Below are positions 57,768 through 64,000 of a stretch of 64,000 nucleotides of DNA, piece after piece. Positions within the stretch are counted from its first letter, which is position 1; each line of letters starts with the position of its first letter. Where the stretch lies: NCBI GenBank assembly GCA_038870635.1, contig JAVZJR010000003.1:4880-68879 (forward strand). The letters run 5' to 3'. This DNA is from Candidatus Bilamarchaeaceae archaeon (GTDB lineage Archaea > Micrarchaeota > Micrarchaeia > Anstonellales > Bilamarchaeaceae). The notes under the pieces were generated by a model, which made no database searches, was not told the origin of the DNA, and saw only the letters and a list, made by a program, of their open reading frames with translations. The position numbers and the translations under genes were made by a program.

Positions 57768-58949
57768 CTATCTCTCTACTGGGAAATTTTTTTCATTTTC
57801 TTCTAGAGCATCAAGACCAGGTAGTTTTTCTCCGCATAGATATTTTATCAATGCTTTACCAGATAAGCTAACATATCCATACTTTTCTTTTCTAAAACCA
57901 AATGTTTCTATTGCGCTTGTGGTATGTCCTCCTCCAAGTAACGAGAAGCCCTTACTGTTTGCTATTTCATTTAGTAATTGCTTCGTACCAGTACCGAAAA
58001 GAGGTTGCTCATAAACCCCCATCGGCCCGTTCATAACTATTGTTTTAGCATTTTTTATTATAGCTGAATACTTTTCTATTGTTTTTTGGCCGATATCGAA
58101 TATTTCACCTTTTTCTATTCTATCAATTGATGTCTCTACTCTTTTTCCATCTATATTGAGAGCAACATCAGATGGTATTTCCACTCCTTCTATTTCTAAT
58201 ATTTTTTTTGCCCTTTCGAAGTATTCTAAAAGACCTTCTTTTTCTAAGTATTTTTCAGAATCGCCGACACTGTAGCCTTTCGCTTTAAGAAGAAGAATAG
58301 CAATAACCCCTCCTGTTAAGTATTTTCCTTTTTTGCCTGCTCTCGCGTAGTTCTCTATCATATCAAATGAATCCTCTATTTTTGAGCCACCTAAAACAAA
58401 AACTGTACCATCGCTTTCTTTTACTTTTTTGAGAGCGCTTACTTCTTGTGCCAAAACTGGTCCATAAAATGCAGGTATGATTTTTGAAAAACCAACAACA
58501 CTTGAGTGCGCTCTATGCGCTACGCTCAGCGCATCTAAGACATAATAGTCTGCAAGATAAGACAATCCAACTATTTCGCCACTCTCAAGATTTTCTGATT
58601 TAAGGAATCTCACATTTTCCAGAAGAACAATGTCGCCATCATTCATCATCTCAACAGTTTTCTTTACATTAGCACCAATTACATATGGTACAAATATTAC
58701 CTCCTTTTTCATTTCGCTAGAAAGAAGTTCTGCATGTTGCTGCAGCATTATAAAGTCAGGGTCGCCGTCTCTCCCCTGATGAGCCAATGCTATTACTTTT
58801 GCTTTTTTGTCGCTTAGCATTTTAAGCGTTTTTGCGTGCATTTTTATTCTTTCATTCATCTGCACCTGACCGTTTATAACAGGAGAGTTTAGGTCTACTC
58901 TAACTAAAATTTTTTTACCTTTAATATCATAGTCCATAATATTTCTCAT
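57768..58949 (-). CDS. pgk: phosphoglycerate kinase
   Basis: 'ILVRVDLNSP', 'LAHQGR', 'NGPMGVYE', 'LGGGHT'. Confidence 0.9.
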   Translation of the reverse strand: MRNIMDYDIKGKKILVRVDLNSPVINGQVQMNERIKMHAKTLKMLSDKKAKVIALAHQGRDGDPDFIMLQQHAELLSSEMKKEVIFVPYVIGANVKKTVEMMNDGDIVLLENVRFLKSENLESGEIVGLSYLADYYVLDALSVAHRAHSSVVGFSKIIPAFYGPVLAQEVSALKKVKESDGTVFVLGGSKIEDSFDMIENYARAGKKGKYLTGGVIAILLLKAKGYSVGDSEKYLEKEGLLEYFERAKKILEIEGVEIPSDVALNIDGKRVETSIDRIEKGEIFDIGQKTIEKYSAIIKNAKTIVMNGPMGVYEQPLFGTGTKQLLNEIANSKGFSLLGGGHTTSAIETFGFRKEKYGYVSLSGKALIKYLCGEKLPGLDALEENEKNFPVER

Positions 58950-58967
58950 TTATCCCACCAAATCTAA

Positions 58968-61010
58968 TTATTCAGAATTATTTTTAGGTTTTTTTCTTTT
59001 TTCCCATTCCTCTTTTGATTTGCAATTAGGATCTATGCACATATCATATCTTTTCTTTCCTTGAATCACTCTTATCATTGGCTTTTTGCACCATTCACAT
59101 TCCTTACCTAAAGATTTTACTAAAGCACCAGAAGGCAATGGATAAATATTTTTGCAATTTGGATAGCCTTTGCAACCAATAAATTGTTTTCCATCCTTCG
59201 TTTTTATTATGGTTAACTCATTTCCACATTTTTCACACTTTCCTATATAATTTTCTTTTTTTTGGGTTTCTCTAAATGCTTCTGCTAGTTCCTTCCCTAT
59301 TTTTTCTTCATTTTTTTTCCATTTATCGAGTATTTGTATTAATATTTCTTTACCTTCTTTTATTACTTCTTCTTTATCTATTTTTCCTTCAACTATTTTA
59401 TCCATGTCGTTTTCTATTTTTCTTGTTAGTTCTTCATCTAATATTTCAGGAGCGTACTTTTTTAGTATAGCATCTACTGTAAGGCCAAAATCAGTTACCT
59501 CTATTTTATTACCTTTTATATATTGACGTTTAAACAAAGTATCTATTATTGTTGCCCTTGTAGCCTTTGTTCCTAAATGTCTTTTTTCGAGTTCTGCTAC
59601 TATGGATGCATGGGTATATCTTTGCGGCGGTGTTGTCTCTTTTTTTGTTTTTTTCTTGTCCTTTATATCAACATTTTCTTTTTCTTCAAATTTTGGTAAT
59701 TCTATTTCCTTTGTTTTAGCATATGGATAAAAATCAAACCAACCCCTTTCTACTGTTCGCCCTCCGCTTGCAACATATTCTTCGCCATTGCTTTCTACTA
59801 TTATGGTAATATTCTCTCTTTTTGCGGGTGGAGCGAATGCTGCTAAAAATCTTCTTACTATCAAATCATAGAGTTTTCTTTCTTGAGTGCCTATATTTTT
59901 TGGTGAGAGGCCGGTTGGATGTATAGCCGGATGCGCAGGGTCTTCTTTAGTTCCTTGTCTTATTTTAAACCATCTGTTTTGGATTATCTTTTGGGTATCT
60001 TTTTGATATTCATTTTGCTCGCCAAGTCGTTGCACGATAGATACGACGTTTATTGTAGAGGGTATTTTTTGTGATGAAGTTCTTGGGTAAGTTATTAACG
60101 AATCCTCATAAAGAGATTGGGCGACCTCCATTGTTGTAGTTGGAGCAAATCCAAAAACTTTGTGTGCTTCTACTTGAAGACTAGTTAAGTCGAAACAAGG
60201 CTCTGGATAAATTAATGAGTCTTTTTTATTTATTAAACTTACAACACCTTCATTTTTTGTATTTTCTAATGCTTTGTCTGCTGCTATTTCATCAAAAAAC
60301 CTCTCTTTTTTGTGTGTAAATTTAACATCTTTTATTTTTACCGTGAGTACCCAGTAGGGTTGTGGTACAAATGATTTTATTTCTCTTTCTAAGTTAGCTA
60401 GTATATCTAGGGCCGGACCTTGCACTCTACCTATGCTCAGTGTTTTATATGTAGAGGCAGTTCTTAACGATTTCATTAGGGCGCGGCTAAGGTTAATACC
60501 ATAATACCAATCTAATATATGTCTAGTTTCACCAGCGTATGCATTATTATAATCAAAATCGCCCATTTTTTCATAAGCTTCTGCAAGGTCGTTTTTTGTG
60601 AGTGCAGAGAACTTCATTCTTCTTCCTTCTTTTATATTAGTTGCAAATCTAAAGATATTATAAGCAATAGTGGAACCCTCTATATCATAATCGCAAGCAG
60701 AGACAAAATGATCAGCCTTTTTTCCAAGATTTTCTAAAACCTGAAGATATTGTTTAGTGTAATATGATTCTTTGGAGACTTTGTAAGCAGGTGCCCACTC
60801 TATATCAAAAACAGGATAATCCCAGCTTTTTTTCTTTTCTGTGAGAGTGTATATATGGCCAACTGCTGGTGCAACATAGATTTCCTTATTGTCTCTTGTT
60901 AGGTGGTAGTAACTAACGTTACCCACATTTACTCTTTTTACCGTTCCGCCTATTGCTTCAGCTATTTTTTGAGCAACTTTTGGTTTTTCTGCTACCACCA
61001 ACTCAATCAT
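58968..61010 (-). CDS. topA: type IA DNA topoisomerase I with C-terminal Zn fingers
   Basis: Toprim 'LVVAEKPKVA', 'ACDYDIEG', active-site region 'ITYPRTSSQ', two C4 knuckles 'CEKCG..CKGYPNC' and 'CEWCK..CIDPNC'. Confidence 0.9.
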   Translation of the reverse strand: MIELVVAEKPKVAQKIAEAIGGTVKRVNVGNVSYYHLTRDNKEIYVAPAVGHIYTLTEKKKSWDYPVFDIEWAPAYKVSKESYYTKQYLQVLENLGKKADHFVSACDYDIEGSTIAYNIFRFATNIKEGRRMKFSALTKNDLAEAYEKMGDFDYNNAYAGETRHILDWYYGINLSRALMKSLRTASTYKTLSIGRVQGPALDILANLEREIKSFVPQPYWVLTVKIKDVKFTHKKERFFDEIAADKALENTKNEGVVSLINKKDSLIYPEPCFDLTSLQVEAHKVFGFAPTTTMEVAQSLYEDSLITYPRTSSQKIPSTINVVSIVQRLGEQNEYQKDTQKIIQNRWFKIRQGTKEDPAHPAIHPTGLSPKNIGTQERKLYDLIVRRFLAAFAPPAKRENITIIVESNGEEYVASGGRTVERGWFDFYPYAKTKEIELPKFEEKENVDIKDKKKTKKETTPPQRYTHASIVAELEKRHLGTKATRATIIDTLFKRQYIKGNKIEVTDFGLTVDAILKKYAPEILDEELTRKIENDMDKIVEGKIDKEEVIKEGKEILIQILDKWKKNEEKIGKELAEAFRETQKKENYIGKCEKCGNELTIIKTKDGKQFIGCKGYPNCKNIYPLPSGALVKSLGKECEWCKKPMIRVIQGKKRYDMCIDPNCKSKEEWEKRKKPKNNSE

Positions 61011-61046
61011 ATCCTAACCTTTCAAAAGAAAAGAAATAAAAAGAGA

Positions 61047-61886
61047 CTACTGGCATTTGTGCGTTAATTGATTGCAGGTTTCTCCAGTGATGCAATCTTT
61101 ATCTGTGTTGCAATAGCCTGTTTTTGCTTTGCATATATGGTCTATGCAAACCTCCCATTCATAGCAGTCAGTATTTGCATTACAGTGGTCTTTTCTTGGT
61201 ATGCATTTATGTACTTGAGAGCTACAGTATTCCCACCAATTGCAGTCATTATCGGCTACACAGTATCCTTGTCTTGCTATGCACTTATGTTGCTCTAGAT
61301 CACACTTCGTCCAAGCCGTACAATCATCATCATTTTTGCAATAACCAGTTTTTGGTTTGCAATAATTTGTCTTTATATCACAAACCTGCCAGGTTTCGCA
61401 ATGTCCGTCCATGTTGCATCTCCCTGCTAAAGGCAAACATTTTTTAGTTGCAAAATCACACTTTTCCCAACTATTGCAATCAGTATCCTTATTACAAAGA
61501 CCAGCTTTTGGTTCACATTTGTGCCTTTCTGGATTACAGTATTCAAAATTTGTGTCACACGCTGCGTCAGAATCACAATAGCCCGCTGCTGCTATGCATT
61601 TGTTTTCTGCATTGCAAACTTGCCAAGTTTGACAATCTTTATCCTCTCTGCACATTCCACTTAAAAAATTACACTGATGTGTTTTTTTGTCACATATCTT
61701 TAAGGTATCATTACAATCAGCATCAGCATTACAATAACCAGGTTTTAGTTCACAAATTCCTTTTTCTATGTTGCATATTTGATACTCTTTGCAATCGCTT
61801 GCTTTAGCACATTTTGTTGTGCTTTCCGTGCAGCCGTATAAAAACAACATACCTAATATTAATACTAATAACACAAATCGTTTCAT
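61047..61886 (-). CDS. Cys-rich tandem-repeat lipoprotein (10 repeats of about 26 aa, 4 Cys each)
   Basis: Signal plus lipobox-like 'LFLYGC'; repeated 'GYC.(A/N)D.DC..W..C....(H)KC....' units. Confidence 0.75.
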   Translation of the reverse strand: MKRFVLLVLILGMLFLYGCTESTTKCAKASDCKEYQICNIEKGICELKPGYCNADADCNDTLKICDKKTHQCNFLSGMCREDKDCQTWQVCNAENKCIAAAGYCDSDAACDTNFEYCNPERHKCEPKAGLCNKDTDCNSWEKCDFATKKCLPLAGRCNMDGHCETWQVCDIKTNYCKPKTGYCKNDDDCTAWTKCDLEQHKCIARQGYCVADNDCNWWEYCSSQVHKCIPRKDHCNANTDCYEWEVCIDHICKAKTGYCNTDKDCITGETCNQLTHKCQ

Positions 61887-61896
61887 AGTTTTTTGT

Positions 61897-62562
61897 TTAT
61901 TTAGATGGTTTTTTAACTATTTCTAAGATCTTTTTTAAATCTTTTCCGCTAAAATCTGCAGCTGTTTTTTCTATATTTCCTCTCATAATTCTAAATGTTA
62001 GCATTCCTGCTTTTTTGGCAGGCACTATGTCTTTTTCTTCTTTATCCCCGACCATTAAACACTCTTCAGGTTTTGCTTTTATTTTTTTTATTATTTCTTT
62101 GTAAAATTTAGTATTTTTTCCTCCTTTTTTTTCATTCACTACAAAAACTTCTTCAAAATACTGTGCTATTCCTAATCTTAGCAGTTTATCCCATTGCTTT
62201 ATGCTTATTCCTTCTGAAGCTATATAAAGTTTTATTTTTTTATCTCTTAATTCAAGAAGAACACGAGGGACTTCTGGGTAAGGAAGAATTGTTATTTTAG
62301 TATCGTGGTAAGCGGCCACTGCTGCGGCAACATATCTCTCCCTTTTTTTGACTCTCAATTCTTTTAATAAATCATCAAAATGATGTTCATAGTTAGAGCC
62401 TTTTTCTTTTATTTGCCTGTAGAGAAGTTTTTCTAATTCTTCTTCTTTTACGTTTAAACCTGCTCTTATCATTGCTTTGATTGCATTTTTTCTCGCCAAT
62501 GTAGCAAAATCTCTCGATGGATAAAGAGTATCGTCAATATCGAAAAATATGTGTTTTATCAT
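61897..62562 (-). CDS. HAD-superfamily hydrolase
   Basis: Motif I 'IFFDIDDTLY', motif III/IV 'MVGDKEEKDI'. Confidence 0.8.
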   Translation of the reverse strand: MIKHIFFDIDDTLYPSRDFATLARKNAIKAMIRAGLNVKEEELEKLLYRQIKEKGSNYEHHFDDLLKELRVKKRERYVAAAVAAYHDTKITILPYPEVPRVLLELRDKKIKLYIASEGISIKQWDKLLRLGIAQYFEEVFVVNEKKGGKNTKFYKEIIKKIKAKPEECLMVGDKEEKDIVPAKKAGMLTFRIMRGNIEKTAADFSGKDLKKILEIVKKPSK

Positions 62563-62588
62563 AAAAAAATAATAAAAGGAAAGGTTTA

Positions 62589-63425
62589 TTATTTTCTTGT
62601 ACCTACCGAACCAAAATCTATGGGAACATCGAATGATGGTCTGCCTTTAGCCACCTTACAATCAGTTTCCTTTGCTTCGGGTATCTTGTTTTCGTCATAG
62701 CCGATGACTACTATGCTCTGTCCCCTATCTTTAAGTACGACGTCTCTTTTATCACATGAACCATTTCCAAGCAATGATATATATTTTCTATATGCAACAT
62801 CATTTATTGCTTTTTTAATTTCTCCTGTTAAGTTTGCGACTGCGCCCCCTTTACAAGTGGGTTTTTCACCTTTGCAAATTTCGTCGATAGATTCAAGTGA
62901 GTTACATTCTATTACTTTTCCTTCGTTTTTAAAGCTGCACCCAACTTCTGCGAGTTTATTATCACTCATCTTCTGCGCTTTTGTAATAAAACTTGTATCA
63001 CCATTTTTTCCGTTTGCATCTATTTCTATTTTGCCTACACCTGAATAATAAGTATCTTTTAATGTCATAGGACTACATGGATCACATTCATCTTGGGTAG
63101 GGTATTTTTCTTCTATTTTATTTATATATACTACCGGTAAGAGGCCTTCGCCATCTTTTTTAACTGTTTCTCTCGCTATTTTTATCATTCCTACTCCTAA
63201 TTTTTCGAATGCGTTGTCATGTTTTTCTTTTGTCACGTACTCTTGCGCTTTTTTATCCATTTTATCCATTTTATCGTACAACTTTGCGCCACTGAACGCT
63301 ACTCCTCCTAAAGCAATTATACCTGCAACTGCGGGTAATATTTTCTTCCATTTTTTTGGTACTGGTTTTGCGGCAACTTCTGGTTTTTTAACAACATTAT
63401 CTATTTTTTCAACCATATTAAACAC
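62589..63425 (-). CDS. hypothetical N-terminally anchored extracellular protein
   Basis: TM 'ILPAVAGIIALGGVAFSGA'; Cys-containing ectodomain; in-frame MDKMDK micro-duplication. Confidence 0.6.
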   Translation of the reverse strand: MFNMVEKIDNVVKKPEVAAKPVPKKWKKILPAVAGIIALGGVAFSGAKLYDKMDKMDKKAQEYVTKEKHDNAFEKLGVGMIKIARETVKKDGEGLLPVVYINKIEEKYPTQDECDPCSPMTLKDTYYSGVGKIEIDANGKNGDTSFITKAQKMSDNKLAEVGCSFKNEGKVIECNSLESIDEICKGEKPTCKGGAVANLTGEIKKAINDVAYRKYISLLGNGSCDKRDVVLKDRGQSIVVIGYDENKIPEAKETDCKVAKGRPSFDVPIDFGSVGTRK

Positions 63426-63473
63426 CTTTTATACACATTATATGTATGTGTTAGAATGTATTTATAAATGTTT

Positions 63474-64000
63474 TTATTTTTTCAATGCTTTTTCTAGTTC
63501 TTCTAAGAAGTTATCTGGTGTTATCTTTCTTTTTTTATAGCTCTGTAGGAATAGTTTCTCTAATTCTGTCTTTTGTTCTTCTGTTTTTATTACTGTGGTC
63601 TCTTTCTTTATTGTCTCCTCATTGTTGTTTTTATAATTTGTGTAAAGTTTATACGCTCCGACAATAGTCGCTGCAGCTACTGCTGTTGCCACTATACTTC
63701 CTACTATCCATTTCCCTACATTATTTTTCTCTTCTTTTGGCTTTGTCGATGGTTTTTTGTTTGATTGTATAGATTGCAAAACTCCGTCAATTATTTTTTC
63801 CATTTCTATTTTTTCATTTTCTTCTTTCCTTGTTTCCGGTCTTCTTATAACTTCTGTTTTTTCGTATTTTGTTTTATCTTCATTCTTTTCTTTAGCATCT
63901 ATTATAATTGTCGGCGTCTCTTCTTTTACTTCAGTTTTAACTTCTTCTTTCTTTTCTTCAGGCTCTTTTTTCTCCTCTACAACAGCCTTCTTATCTTCTA
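63474..64000 (-). CDS. hypothetical K/E-rich anchored protein, possibly 5'-truncated by the window edge
   Basis: The track gives 109 aa from ATG 63803, but I read the frame as open with no stop up to position 64000; TM 'WIVGSIVATAVAAATIVGA'. Confidence 0.45.
   Translation of the reverse strand, partial: EDKKAVVEEKKEPEEKKEEVKTEVKEETPTIIIDAKEKNEDKTKYEKTEVIRRPETRKEENEKIEMEKIIDGVLQSIQSNKKPSTKPKEEKNNVGKWIVGSIVATAVAAATIVGAYKLYTNYKNNNEETIKKETTVIKTEEQKTELEKLFLQSYKKRKITPDNFLEELEKALKK

Overview
AT-rich, gene-dense archaeal chromosomal segment. Archaeal hallmarks read from the translations: thermosome, proteasome beta subunit, KH+beta-CASP aCPSF1, Pelota, class-I CCA-adding enzyme, class-I LysRS, GGGP synthase, archaeal DtdA, a FlaI/FlaJ-type ATPase/platform pair, two intron-containing tRNAs and a compact RNase P RNA. 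Most genes have GGTG-type Shine-Dalgarno sequences and many overlap by 1-9 nt. The mix of a few housekeeping genes with many Lys/Glu-rich ORFans suggests a small-genome, DPANN-like lineage; this is inference only. I call about 65 CDS, 2 tRNAs and 1 ncRNA. I saw no rRNA, CRISPR array, transposase or integrase. The main candidate for something new is a pair of operons made only of very large ORFan envelope-type proteins (15816-23123 and 34125-44294, together about 27% of the window). Each is followed immediately by one copy of a nearly identical noncoding element of about 185-230 nt with GC-rich stems (23162-23345 and 44352-44580). The largest protein in each operon ends in a beta-strand-rich, Phe-terminated domain resembling bacterial outer-membrane beta-barrels. 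Other oddities: a small protein with a ribosomal-stalk-like C-terminal tail, a strongly SD-led 30-aa poly-acidic micropeptide, a glutamine synthetase homologue with a degenerate active site, a truncated HisA-like protein overlapping hisS, three beta-CASP paralogues, and a 10x cysteine-repeat lipoprotein. All family assignments come from motif recognition by eye; no database search was run.
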